A stretch of DNA of 64,000 nucleotides from Macrostomum hystrix (Eukaryota > Animalia > Platyhelminthes), in assembly GCA_950097015.1 (NCBI GenBank), contig CATNEN010000024.1, positions 2,108,001 through 2,172,000 on the forward strand, read 5' to 3'. The notes beneath the pieces were generated by a model. That model searched no databases. It had not been told where the DNA came from and was given only the letters and a program-made list of their open reading frames with translations. Position numbers and translations under genes: made by a program. Within the stretch, counting starts at the first letter, position 1; every line of letters starts with the position of its first letter. Below, piece by piece: positions 1 to 12,315 of this stretch.

Positions 1-61
1 CAATTATCCCTCACTTCTTCATTTGGTCAGCAATTATCCCTCACTACTTCATTTGGTCAGC
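1..61. repeat. End of a 30-bp minisatellite (CAATTATCCCTCACTTCTTCATTTGGTCAG x2)
   Basis: Two tandem 30-mers at the window edge; 27/30 identical to the reverse complement of the 39756-41060 unit. Confidence 0.85.
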
Positions 62-724
62 TGTATTTTTGCTGTACTTTAAACTAATAAATTGGACTGG
101 GCAGTCAGTTACACAGCCCAAGCCAGCAGAGCCTTTGCTCATAAGCAAGTAATCGCCAGTTGATAGCTCGTACATACTAACGTTCCATCCACATGTACAC
201 CCCATATCAGTGGACTGCTATTTACGAGCTTGGCGTATCATTCATGCATTAAAACTTGATAGGAACTGCGAATTTCCTTTTATCTTTATCGCTCTAATGC
301 GCTGATTTAGAAAAAATATTGGTCCTATTCCTGCATCTCTGGGCGCAGTCGCTTTATCTTACCGTTAAAATCGCTGCTAAAAACGTTTTGTTTGAAGATG
401 GACGATTAAAGGCTGGTTTGCGGCATTCATTTGGCTGCTTTCTAGCTATACTTAGTTGGGCCTGACGGATGCACCAGTGCCTTGTTGGCATGGAAACCTT
501 TTGTTTATTGATGCTTGGGAAACTGGCGCCGATGCAATTGTCATTAAAAGCCGAGTAGAGAATGAAGCGGCGAGAGATTTCTGAAACTCACCAAAATAAT
601 TTCAACTGCTCCCAAAAGTGTAAAAAATGGCTGTACGAGTATCTTTTTTGCCAAAGTTTCTGATGCTTTTGACGGGTAAGATAGATGGTTTTTTATGACA
701 TAACATTTCTGTCCATCTCTCTGA

Positions 725-940
725 CCCGTGTGCACAATACGCACACGGATATGTTCATACGCAGACACACTCACACAGGGTGTACATCTGCCCTGACTTT
801 CCCATCGTCAGGCAGTGCACACGCTCGCATTTCCCTGAACGTTTGGTCCCCGAGGTTGTAAATTGCACGACAATTCCCTCCGCGGCTGCGCCCCAAATGC
901 ATATGGCCTTGAGATCAGGATTTCGAGCTCAAGGACCTTC
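725..940 (-). mobile_element. SINE family A, degenerate copy lacking most of the tRNA head
   Basis: Shares GTGTACATCTGCCCTGACTTT-CATCGTCAGGCAG, CGCGGCTGCGCCCCAAATGCATATGGCC and TCGAGCTC blocks with the copies at 10711, 22760 and 54150. Confidence 0.75.
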
Positions 941-1046
941 GGTTATGATAGCTCCGCGATCTTGCACAAGCAGTCCTAGCATTGGATATTTTATGGCTAC
1001 ATTAGTTTGATAGCTGACTATTGCAACCATTAAACAATTTGTTCAG

Positions 1047-2574
1047 GTTTGCCAGCCCTAACTGCAACAGATTCAACAGCAAGCACCGGTAAGGAGTTTC
1101 GCCTGATTGAGGCACCCCGTGGCTCGGTCGTCACTGTGCTGGCGAAGGAAGTTTGCAAAACGGTACGGAAACTGGAGGGTGCAATTAGCAGTGCCGAGTG
1201 CGCCTACAGGTGCAGCTGCACCGGCTGCTTCGCTTTGGCCTTCAGAAACGGAGTCTGCAGGATGGCCTGGGTTGAGTGGTCAGTTGAACTGATGGCGCTG
1301 TCCACTTGCGATGCAACGAATGAATTCAACGCTGCGAGCGATGAGGCCACCTTTATCTTGACAAGTGGCAGGAACCTGCCGTTTAACGCCACTTCCCACC
1401 CTGTTTATGTCTATCGAAGTAAGACTGAATTGCCGCGGTGACCCTAATAAACATTATTAATACATACAGTTGTTCAGGTATACTTTTGTAAAAATAAAAT
1501 TACTTCTTAAATTCGTCCAGACACCAGCACTGGTGCGACTGGAACCGTCCAGAGCCTGACGGTGAACCAGACCGGCTGCTACCGCATGGAGGCGTTCCGT
1601 GCTCGAGGCGGCAGCACCAACCCAGCCTTCAGCCCTGTCTACACTGGCGGATTCGGCGCGTTCATCGGAGGCAACTTCAACCTGACGGCTGGGACACAGA
1701 TCAGCATCGTCATCGGCCAGCGGGGCGCTGACGCCAATCAGGCACTCAACACTGCCGCCTCTGGCGGCGGCGGCGGCACCTTTGTGTACCGGACTTCGGA
1801 CAACCTGCTGTACCTGGCTGCTGGAGGTGGCGGTGGCGGGTCGCTTGGATTCAATGGTAAGGCTGCGATTCGTTGAGGTAAAATTTGTAGTAAGGTGTTT
1901 CTCGAAGCTACGAGTACTTAATGAGCCAATCATGACTCATATGGGGCTAAATATCCCTGTTAATATATTAGCATACGTGGTGAAATTTTCTTTAGTTTTT
2001 AATTCTTTAACTTCACCAGCAAACGAGAATGCAAACGAGAATGCAAACGAGAATGCAGTCTTGCTCTTTCTATAGTCAATGCATTATCGAGTTTTCCCAT
2101 GCAAACACTACAGGTGTGAACGGATCGGCCGGAGTGAACGGCACGGACACCATCGGCACGGCCTCCTTCGTTGGATTTGGCGGAGCAAACGGTCAGCCCG
2201 GAAGCTACGGACCCTCGACCAGCTCCTTCAAAGGCGACCTCGGAGCTAGCTGGCTGGGAGCTGCGGTTTCCAGGGCCAGCACATGCTACGGACATCGCGG
2301 CGGCAGCCTCGTCCAGGGCTGGGTCGGCGGTGTCGCCGGACACGGCAACGAAGGCGCTGTCGGTGGCTTCGGTGGTGGCGGCGGTGGCAGCCACCAAAGC
2401 GGAGCAGCCGGCGGAGGCGGAGGCTTCAGCGGTGGCGGCGCTGGAAGCTGGTCTCCCCAGGCGAGTGGCGGCGGCGGTTCCTTCTGCTCCGGTTTAGAGT
2501 GCAGCACCACATCTGGTGGAAACACATACAGTGACAGCGGCTGGCTGTCACTGTATGTGCTGAGTGCTGGCTGA
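1047..2574 (+). CDS. PAN/apple domain + ALK/LTK-type glycine-rich domain protein (probably secreted; 5' exon not found)
   Basis: Exons 1047-1418, 1521-1856, 2114-2574, all GT-AG, phase 1, frame continuous. PAN-like Cys pattern SSAECAYRCSCTGCFALAFRNGVCRMA. Then TVNQTGCYRMEAFRARGG...NLTAGTQISIVIGQRG...SGGGGGTFVY...LYLAAGGGGG...GGFGGGGGG...GGGGGFSGG...GGGGSF, the motif series of the ALK/LTK Gly-rich region. No TM or kinase segment before the stop. Confidence 0.8.
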
Positions 2575-2659
2575 TTGGCTGTATATATAGTTTCACGAGT
2601 TTTATAAAGATTCCTTAGGCGCAGCTGTCGCCCTGGACCAGGCGCACGAGCAGCAGGCA

Positions 2660-3127
2660 TTGGCATTGATTGGATGCAGTTGGGATTGATTGGGTGCAGT
2701 TGGGATTGATTGGGTGCAGTTGGCATTGATTGGATGCAGTTGGGATTGATTGGATGCAATTGGGATTGATTGGATGCAGTTGGGATTGATTGGATGCAGT
2801 TGGGATTGATTGGATGCAGTTGGGATTGATTGGATGCAGTTGGGATTGATTGGGTGCAGTTGGCATTGATTGGATGCAGTTGGGATTGATTGAATGCAGT
2901 TGGGATTGATTGGGTGCAGTTGGGATTGATTGGATGCAGTTGGGATTGATTGGATGCAGTTGGGATTGATTGGATGCAGTTGGGATTGATTGGATGCAGT
3001 TGGGATTGATTGGATGCAGTTGGGATTGATTGGATGCAGTTGGGATTGATTGGATGCAGTTGGGATTGATTGGATGCAGTTGGGATTGATTGGATGCAGT
3101 TGGGATTGATTGGATGCAGTTGGGATT
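2660..3127. repeat. 20-bp minisatellite (TGGGATTGATTGGATGCAGT)n, ~23 units
   Basis: Direct inspection; lies between two convergent stop codons (2574 and 3213). Confidence 0.97.
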
Positions 3128-3212
3128 TATCGGATCCATGATATTTCCGCCGCATACTAACTTGACTCTGTGGCAACCAACTACCGTGCAAGAGCAACAA
3201 GATATCAGCATT

Positions 3213-3767
3213 CTACTGAGTACTACTATAAAGCAGTCCTTGCACTTGTTTATCATAAGATCTCAAGTCGGAAGCATCACCAGTGTAGGCCGTGCGCCTT
3301 GTTGAGCACAGCTGCCTGCGTTGCTCCAAGTTCTCGGGCGTTGTCGCCTTTGCCAGTTCTGCGTGCACCCGATGGTACGTGCCGCGAGCTGAGATCATCC
3401 GCTTTCGGCTGGCCTCCAGGGCGCGAGACTGCTCAGTGATTTTGCGCTCCACTTTCGCATTCTCGCAGCGCAGGTTGCTCAGATCCTCTTGTAGCTGTTT
3501 TCGAATCTCGCGCAGTTTCTGAGTTAGCAGCTTGTCCCGCTGCTCTAGCATCGCATTCAGCTCCGTCAGGGCTGCGTCAAAAGCAGACTGAACTGAGAAT
3601 CTGACGTTTCGGGAGCAGACAATATCAGATTTATAAAAGTCGAATAAATACAAACTCGCAATACACTCCAACTAAATATTAGCACAGCAATCTTACCGCA
3701 CGTAGTCCTTCGAATTATAGTCTTTAGGACGGAATTCCTGGCAGAGCTTTCTGGAATGAAGTCGCAT
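3213..3767 (-). CDS. Hypothetical ~152-aa coiled-coil protein (2 exons)
   Basis: AAAA-ATG at 3767. Exon 3767-3697 ends at a GTAAGA donor (phase 2); acceptor GTCAG precedes exon 3600-3213; frame continuous. Helical charged sequence LTELNAMLEQRDKLLTQKLREIRKQLQEDLSNLRCENAKVERKITEQ. No family recognised; an alternative start at 3829 is also frame-compatible. Confidence 0.5.
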
Positions 3768-6420
3768 TTTTCAGTTTGTTTGCTAGCGGAAACGATGACC
3801 AGTAGCGATAGAGTTTGTAAACTATACATCTTATTGCTGCCGTGTTCACAGATAATGTTTCCTTCCAGATCTGAGTTTTCAACCTGGTCTGACCACCAGA
3901 TTCAGTGAGGTGACGAAAAGTACTTTTAAAATGGGAGATATCAGAGTGGGGGGGACTCGAGGGTCTACAACTCCGAGACGCGACTAGTCAGGGCTTTGAA
4001 ATTTTACAGCCGTGTTCACAGATAATGTTTCCTTCTTTATCTTTGCTCTCAGCTGTATATGATGTACGAGTATTAATCCTGCGAAGCGTAAAAGTGAGGT
4101 TATATTTTTGGTTTTGTTTGCTGAAGTTTACGATGATTATAAAAATAAATAACTATACAAACACATTCAGTGATGTGAGTTTTGAGTAATGATTTTAGTA
4201 GTTGCGATATTTAATAAACCGCTTGTTGTATTCGTTTACTCAGTTGGATGAGTAAATTTGTTTTATTCTATGGAAAAAATATATTAGAAAACGTTATGTG
4301 AAAGTAAACGTATATTGAGTGATTTGATTACAATCTTAAAGTGACAATTGTCATGCCAGTTTTTTATATTTCTAAAGGACACATGCAATTACATATCTAT
4401 CTACATATGGGCATTGTCACATTGATAGTAATTTATGAATTGGTCCATTAGTCTATTAGTATTGGTCCATGACCTGCATGAGTGATATAAATTATGCATG
4501 AGTGATATAAATTATATATTTGTAACAAGACTAAGACTAAGAGCTCTCAAATTTTGCTGCGAATTAAACAGTCTGTGGGGCAGTTACATTCTGATAAGTT
4601 TAAAAACTTGTCGGTGAAAACTGGTATTAAAACCTGAAAACTAGAAACTAGGAAAACTAGAATTAAAACGTGACATATAGCCATATAGGTCTGCATCAGA
4701 TCGATCACGTTGCTCAAGCTTTGCAACAAGTTAGAATTTATTTTTTACGATTGCAAAGTCGTAATCTTAACTGTAAGTCGTAATGACTGGTGTCTGAGTG
4801 ACAATCAAGTTATTTCACTTCGCTACTCAGTTGGAAATTGTGGGGCATGTACAGAAATTTACATAGGCTCCTATACAGTAAAATTTTGACCCTGCTTCTT
4901 TTTACCGCATTGGGGCATTAGCTGCTAGTCAAGAAAATGGTTGGGGCACGCTTTTACCTATTGGAATGCTGAATTTCAAACTAAAGGTCACACTTCTCTA
5001 ATAAATAAAAGCCAATCAACCAAAGTTTATTGTGCATATTAAAGTTAAGACTTGCATCTAATTTTTTTTCCATTTGGGGCACAATTTTACTGCGCCAATA
5101 CAGAGCAATTCTCTAGCCCCCTTCCAGCCGCCCTTCAGCCACCCTAAAGCCAACTTTCACTGTCAGATTTTCATAGAAACAGCATCGACCATGGGAAACA
5201 TGTTTTGGGGCAATAAATTAAGAGCATAGGGCCTATGTGATTTATTTTTATAAAAATTACACCTGGGGCACTCATTTAAAATTTTGGTGTGGCTGGAAGG
5301 CAGCTACGGACATGTCAGTACAATTTTTTGTGTGTTGTGAGCAAGTCCATCGATATTTATTAATTTTATACGCAATAATAATATTTTTGAACCGATATAT
5401 AAGTATTTCATCTGTTAGAAGTCTTTTTATTAGTTGCTTGTCAATTTTTTGTTGGCTATAACAATTTTTTCTGGTACTGATTCTGGTACTGGAAGTATAG
5501 ACGTTTTATCTCCCCGTGCTCTGAACATTTGCCACAGATAAGTTCCCCAGAAGAAGTAGCCCCAGTTCAGTTAGTGTAAAAATGCAACCCTAATGATCAA
5601 AATTCCTAGTTGTTGCATCAATTTGAATTGAAACTTTTCAGAAAAACTGTTTAAGTAACAATTTGAAAAGAATGCAGACTTATCTTGTATTTAGTAATTA
5701 TTTAATAACCTAATTTAAAATGAAGGAAATAGTAAGTATAAACTTATTTATATTTCCATTTTAGCTTGGAGTGTGCACTGCTACACTGTCTCTCCCTTCC
5801 TCTCTCTCTTTCCTCTCCTTTCTCTCTCTTCTTTCTTCCTGGCCTTCTATTCATACTAGACTTGACTAAACCTGATTTGACTGAAAATTGCCATACACAT
5901 TGCCATACACTGTTGATTTGATAAATAGGCCTATACAACTCATGTGTTGACTTTTATTTACTGCCCTGACAATGACCTATAATGTCGAAATGCATTAGCA
6001 ATAAAAATAAAAGTAAGTTAATGCTTATTTTTCCTTCATTTTAATACTATCTAATAAGCAAGCTATTCTACCCAAATTAATAAAAAAGCTTCCACTAATC
6101 TTCAAAAAAGTGTTTGAAGACATTTCATTTTTAAAGGTCTGAGGACAAAAAATATTGAAGTGTAAATAGAAAGGTTCATCTGTATCTATAATGTTATTTT
6201 GAAATTTCAATTCATTAAGCATGAATGGTGTAAAGTAGAATTATGTAAATATAAACTTTGCTAGCCATGAAAAATTAAGGCATCGGCTGTATAGGTGTAT
6301 AAATGATTAATATAATATTATATTTTAAATGGCCTTCACAACAGAAAAGTATTTTTAAGTGTTTTAAAGTTTGATGTCTCTATTTACTCGAATGGATTGC
6401 CTCACTGAACAGTTGCAGCA

Positions 6421-8791
6421 ATGAGGCTAATAATACCCGAAATATCCTGGCACGAGACTACGCCAATATATTCGTGTGACATTCAGCAGATGCTGAATTT
6501 GGACTCAAATGGCTCCAATGGTTGGTACAGGCTGGCCACTGGCGGCCGTGACAATCGGGTCCAACTGTGGAAGCTGCCGGCTGCTGCTGCCGACGCTGGC
6601 ATCGAGTTTTTATCTTCGCTCCGACGCCACGAGAAGCCGGTGAATGTTGTTCGCTTCTCGCCGGATCATCGCCTGCTGGCTAGCGGCTCGGACGATGCCA
6701 TCGTGCTGCTGTGGACTAGGCAGGATTCTGGCCCCGGTCAGCAGCAGCAGCAGCAGCAGCAATCGCCTGCGCCAGCCGGTTCCGCGTTAGCCGACGAAGA
6801 CGGCATCGTCTGTCAGGAGACCTGGACTGTGTGGCGAGCTCTGCGCGGGCATCTCGAAGATGTTTATGATCTAGGCTGGATGCCGGACTCAATGGTACGA
6901 CGCTTGAGTTGCTTTTCTTACAGTTGGGTAAATTTTAGCACTAGGCAATAGTGTCTTGCATATTTCTTCTGTTTTTGCCTAGATTCGAACTCTTGACCTC
7001 CTAGCTAAAAGCCGCACGACATCTTTACACTCTATACTTTAATAGGCGGGGTACCACCTTGATGTAGAAGATTGAGATTGAGATACAGATTGAGAAGATT
7101 CTGTACTCTGTGCAATGGCCTGCCATTTCCTAGAAAATTCAGTTTATAAGCCCTCGTTACATTTTGCCAGGGCCTAGTGTCGGGCTCAGTTGACCGGTCC
7201 ATAGTCCGCTGGAATCTGGCTCGCGAGCAGCAGCGCGCCATTATTCGAGAGCACGCCCATTTTGTCCAGGGCGTCGCCTGCGATCCGTTAGGCCGCCTGG
7301 TTGCCACGCAGAGCTCCGACCGGACCATCAGAGTCTACGGCTGCGGCGCCCGGCCTGTGGTAATTGCGAAATGCGCCAAAAACAACGAGACTCAACAGCA
7401 GCAGCAGCAGCAGTCAAATCATTATCGCCTATTCGCTGACGACAGTTGGAAGTCGTTTTTTCGGCGCCTGGCCTTCTCGCCTGATGGCAAAGTGCTTGTA
7501 GCGCCTGCTGGCCTACACTGGAATGACAACTATTGCGTGCACCTGTTTGCCAGAACGCGGCTTGACCGACCAGCGGCTTCCTTAGTTACTGGCCAGGTGC
7601 CGCCGGTTGCTGTGCGCTTCTGCCAGCGAAAATTCGCATTGGCCTATCATCCGCAGTTGGAGCTGGGAAGGCGGCGCATTCAGCAGGATCTGGTCAAGCT
7701 GCCATACAGATGGGTGAGCGGGCTTCGAAGCTTAAATCCTGTTTGTGTCAGAATCTGTAGGCTGCTGTATATTCCAGCTGTGTGAATCTGTAGGCTGCTG
7801 TATATTCCAGCTGTGTGAATCTGTAGGCTGCTGTATATTCCAGCTGTGTGAATCTGTAGGCTGCTGTATATTCCAGCTGTGTGAATCTGTAGGCTGCTGT
7901 ATATTCCAGCTGTGTGAATCTGTAGGCTGCTGTATATTCCAGCTGTGTGAATCTGTAGGCTGCTGTATATTCCAGGTCGGAGAATCTGTAGGCTAAGTAG
8001 ATATGAGGTGCCTGACAGAATTCAGCAAAAAATCGCACTCGCTGCAGGTGTTCGCCGTAGTGCTGGAGTCCGGAGTGCTGCTCTGCGACACGCAGCACCC
8101 GTTTCCCATTGGCGCCCTGCGCAATCTGCACTACCAGGCCCTGAACGATGCCACCTGGTCACCTGACGGCTCCCAGCTGGTTTTGGCTAGCACCGACGGC
8201 TATTGCTCCATTGTCCGCTTCGGCGAGGGCGAGCTCGGCCAGCCTTACTCTTCGCCTGAGAAAGAGAATGTCGCCGATGCTGTCAGCTTCGTGAAGCTCG
8301 GCACCCCCACTCAGCAGCTACCTCCTCCTCCTCCGCCGCCGCCACCTCCGCCGCCGACGCCCGTAAACTCGATATCAATGCCGCCGCCTCCGCCCGCCAC
8401 CCCGCCGGCGACCTTGTCCTCGGCGGCAGCAGCAGCAGCAGCCTCCCCCGGGGATCCGCTAACTCCTCGCGGTCAGAAGCGTCGCGTGCCTTTCGTTACT
8501 CTGGCCAGCGCTTTGCCGGAGTCGCCGGCCGGCTCTGCCAGGCCTGACACCTCGCTAGCGACAGAATCTGCGCCCGGAACACCGGTGGCTGTTGCGACAT
8601 CCACTGCGGCAACGGCGGCTGCGACGGCTGCCGCTGCTTCGACTTTTGAAAATCTGCAGAGCCCGTTGCGCAAGAAGCGCCGGGTGTCGTTTCTGACGCT
8701 GAGCACCAGCTTCTCGACCGGCGGCGCCGAGGATGTCGCAAAGTCGAACTGTGGCGGCGGTGGAGGCGGCGCAGTTGCCGACACAGCCTAG
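6421..8791 (+). CDS. CHAF1B: Chromatin assembly factor 1 subunit B (p60/Cac2), WD40 repeat protein, 586 aa
   Basis: Exons 6421-6894, 7171-7713, 8048-8791 (GT-AG, phase 0). Diagnostic motifs: MRLIIPEISWH, RLATGG, LRRHEKPVNVVRFSP, LRGHLEDVYDL, EHAHFVQGVACDP, FFRRLAFSPDG, LPYRWVFAV, NLHYQALNDATWS, STDGYCS. Low-complexity Pro/Ala C-tail. Confidence 0.95.
7750..7995. repeat. 33-bp minisatellite (GAATCTGTAGGCTGCTGTATATTCCAGCTGTGT)n, ~7 units, in CHAF1B intron 2
   Basis: Direct inspection. Confidence 0.97.
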
Positions 8792-8933
8792 TATTCTAAT
8801 ACGTTATCTTATTTTCTTTGGCTGCTTTTCTATCATCTTACAGTGAATGATTGACGCTTGCTTTATTTTCCTGTGCTATCTCAATTCATATTGTCTTGGG
8901 GATTGCGCTGTCACGATGGCCACTACATTGCTA

Positions 8934-9998
8934 ACCTAAACTATTAGGAATGGATTGCTAATCTAAACTATTAGGAATGGATTGCTAACCTAAACGATTA
9001 GGAATGGATTGCTAATCTAAACTATTAGGAATGGATTGCTAATTTAAACTATTAGGAATGGATTGCTAATCTAAACTATTAGGAATGGATTGCTAATCTA
9101 AACTATTAGGAATGGATTGCTAATCTAAACTATTAGGAATGGATTGCTAATCTAAACTATTAGGAATGGATTGCTAATCTAGACTATTAGGAATGGATTG
9201 CTAATCTAAACTATTAGGAATGGATTGCTAATCTAGACTATTAGGAATGGATTGCTAATCTAGACTATTAGGAATGGATTGCTAATCTAAACTATTAGGA
9301 ATGGATTGCTAATCTAAACTATTAGGAATGGATTGCTAATCTAAACTATTAGGAATGGATTGCTAATCTAAACTATTAGGAATGGATTGCTAATCTAAAC
9401 TATTAGGAATGGATTGCTAATCTAAACTATTAGGAATGGATTGCTAATCTAAACTATTAGGAATGGATTGCTAATCTAAACTATTAGGAATGGATTGCTA
9501 ATCTAAACTATTAGGAATGGATTGCTAATCTAAACTATTAGGAATGGATTGCTAATCTAAACTATTAGGAATGGATTGCTAATCTAAACTATTAGGAATG
9601 GATTGCTAATCTAAACTATTAGGATTTGGATTGCTAATCTAAACTATTAGGATTTGGATTGCTAATCTAAACTATTAGGAATGGATTGCTAATCTAAACT
9701 AGTAGGAATGGATTGCTAATCTAAACTATTAGGAATGGATTGCTAATCTAGACTATTAGGAATGGATTGCTAATCTAAACTATTAGGATTTGGATTGCTA
9801 ATCTAAACTATTAGGATTTGGATTGCTAATCTAAACTATTAGGAATGGATTGCTAATCTAAACTAGTAGGAATGGATTGCTAATCTAAACTATTAGGAAT
9901 GGATTGCTAATCTAAACTAGTAGGAATGGATTGCTAATCTAAACTATTAGGAATGGATTGCTAATCTAGCCTATTAGGAATGGATTGCTAATCTAGCC
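8934..9998. repeat. 27-bp minisatellite (AAACTATTAGGAATGGATTGCTAATCT)n, ~39 units
   Basis: Direct inspection; starts ~140 bp after the CHAF1B stop. Confidence 0.98.
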
Positions 9999-10710
9999 TT
10001 TGTGTGTACGAGCTAGATAGTGGGTGTACATGTGTGCAATAAGCTACTTATGTGTGGATGTGTTTGTCTAATTAATAATGTGCCACTTGTTTTATATGAT
10101 GAAACAGATTGATCCAGCGCACTTAAGCATTTACTGGCCCCGCCCGCAAACTGCTAGCTGCAGTTGATTAATAACATGTTCAGTTTTTTTATATCTTCCA
10201 TTATATGGAGTTTAGTTATTTTCGGTGAATATTTCATTAATTAAGTGTTTGTGCAATTTATTTAAAGATTGCATTTGATCTAATATCATAGCTATCAATC
10301 TCATTTGTCTGCCCAATTCATTCTATGCTTGGTTCAAGAATGCATTTTTCTATCTTTCAATTTAATTTTCATTTCATTTTATAACTTCGTAATTACTGTC
10401 CTTATACAGACACAATTCTTGTTAATCGGCCGGATCATGGGGTCATTTAAAAATATACACGCAATCACTGCGAGTAGTACGCACCGGACTGCTAATATTT
10501 CACATTATTTATTCGTTGTCAATCTATAAGAGTTGTTTTTCATTCGGCACTACCCTTCTGAGTTGACTCAGCTGTAAAATGGGACAGCATCAGCTGGGCT
10601 TGAAAGATTTGTGAGTGATAATACAACCTTTGAAAATGCATTCTTGCAATAACTGCGGCCGTGCCACTGGCTGCACATCTTTCACAATACGAGTAATAAT
10701 AAGAATTGCA

Positions 10711-11040
10711 GGAGGGCTGTGGGCAATGACGCATCATTTGGTGACACTAGACCCGCAGTCAGCGAGGAGGCAATCCTGCCCACTGACTCCTGAGCACACA
10801 CGCACACAGATACTGTACGAGGCACGCGCTCACGCAGAGGTGTACATCTGCCCTGACTTTCTCATCGTCGTGCACTCTCCACTGTACCTTGGAGGTCGGA
10901 CCTTAAGGGCGCATCTTGCACGACAAGCCCCCAAGCCATCTCCCCGCGGCTGTGCCCCAAATGCATGTGGCCTCGCCGCGGAATCGAGCTTAGGACGTTG
11001 TTGCGAGAGGCAAACGCGTTCACCGCTCTGCCACCGACCC
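10711..11040 (-). mobile_element. SINE family A (tRNA-derived), near full-length
   Basis: Minus strand begins GGTGGCAGAGCGGTGAACGCG (Pol III A-box-like), followed by GCTCGATTCC (B-box-like). The ~330-bp body is shared with four other loci. Confidence 0.85.
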
Positions 11041-12315
11041 CCTCACATCTTGCCCAGGTGTAATTTCTATATTTTTATCCATCTATAGATAGCACTACTG
11101 CTAGTAGCTAGATTCGATTATTTGTAGCAAATTTGAAAAAATCTAGAATATTATTCGACTTTAATCTGATGGCACAGTTTAATCACTGAGACGAATTGGG
11201 ATTTTGTGTATTTTTATAGGAAAATAATAAATTGAAATTTATAAATTTATTAAATTGAAACCCCCTTGAAATTGTTTCGGCAGCGCCAAGTATGTACGCT
11301 TGATCACGAAATTGGAGAGATTCGCGTCAGGGTGTCCATAGTGGCCTAGTTTTACTTGTTGTAGCCCTTGAAGGTCCAGCAGTCCGTCTAGATAAAGCTA
11401 GGTGACCAACGATGTCGGAGATGATGCAGGCGCATTCGGGTGACATGCTGATCAGTTTTGAAGGCAGCACTGAGGCGCAGTGCTAATTCGTGTATAGGGG
11501 TGTATGAAATACCCTAGCCTTATTGGAAAAATCAGACCTTCGGCCAGAACCATTGCATATCCCGACGGTGACGGTATGAAGAGCTGGCGACTTCTTGTTT
11601 CAGAAGTTGGTTCGCGTTGTTGAGTTTCATGTGCTTTCGTTGCTCCGTTCGGGTGCAGCACAAAAATTGTCAAGGGGATTCCCCCTTGGTAGCTGTACTG
11701 TTATTTTTCATAAAGTTTTCGTTTTTGCTTCTATGGGAAGCAAATTTTGAAATTTTATATCATTATAAAGTATTCAACCTCAAGCTAAAAGTTCGCCCAG
11801 TAATAAGCTTTCATCCAGCTATTCAGTTCTGTGTAATCTACCGGATTTATTCATGGTCGAGTCTCATTAAAATCCTAGAAATTTTGTCACTCTGCTTCTA
11901 AAGCAATAAAAAATCTGTTTAACAAAAATTTGTGGCAGAAATAAAAAGAAGAAAACACAAGAAAAGCTATTAAAGCGCATTGGCTGTCTGTTAGCAGCTG
12001 TTGCAGGCTTTTACTAGCATTGTAGCCATCAAATCCTGCTGATTGAGGCTATGAAGTGAGTATTGAATGCTCTGCGTTTGAGTAGCTGCTAAGCAATGTA
12101 ATTCTTTTAACTTTTCTCGCATGAGGGACAAAAAGAATTAAATTCTAAGAACTTTGATCGGCAGTGTTGAATTGCTGTAATCTTCTTTTTTATGGAAGCC
12201 AAATCTGTTATGCCAGCTTAAAGGATTAGCTTGTCAATGCGAGGCTTAAACGGGCAGGCGAAGCAAATCTGCTTTTTTGGCGGCTGTTCCTGAAGTCCAC
12301 GAGGGCTGCTGCCTT

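Noticed and set aside
1041-1060. Spliced-leader AUG supplying the start codon of the PAN-GlyR gene
   Set aside because: Joining AUG at the 1047 acceptor gives GTT TGC CAG CCC TAA, which is out of frame; a phase-1 upstream coding exon is required.
2286-3256. 304-aa and 213-aa minus-strand ORFs with NQSQLHPINPNCIQSIPTAS repeats
   Set aside because: Minisatellite translation plus the antisense of the glycine-rich exon.
4840-5300. Recurrent TGGGGCA motif suggesting a non-autonomous DNA transposon
   Set aside because: I could not define terminal inverted repeats or a TSD.
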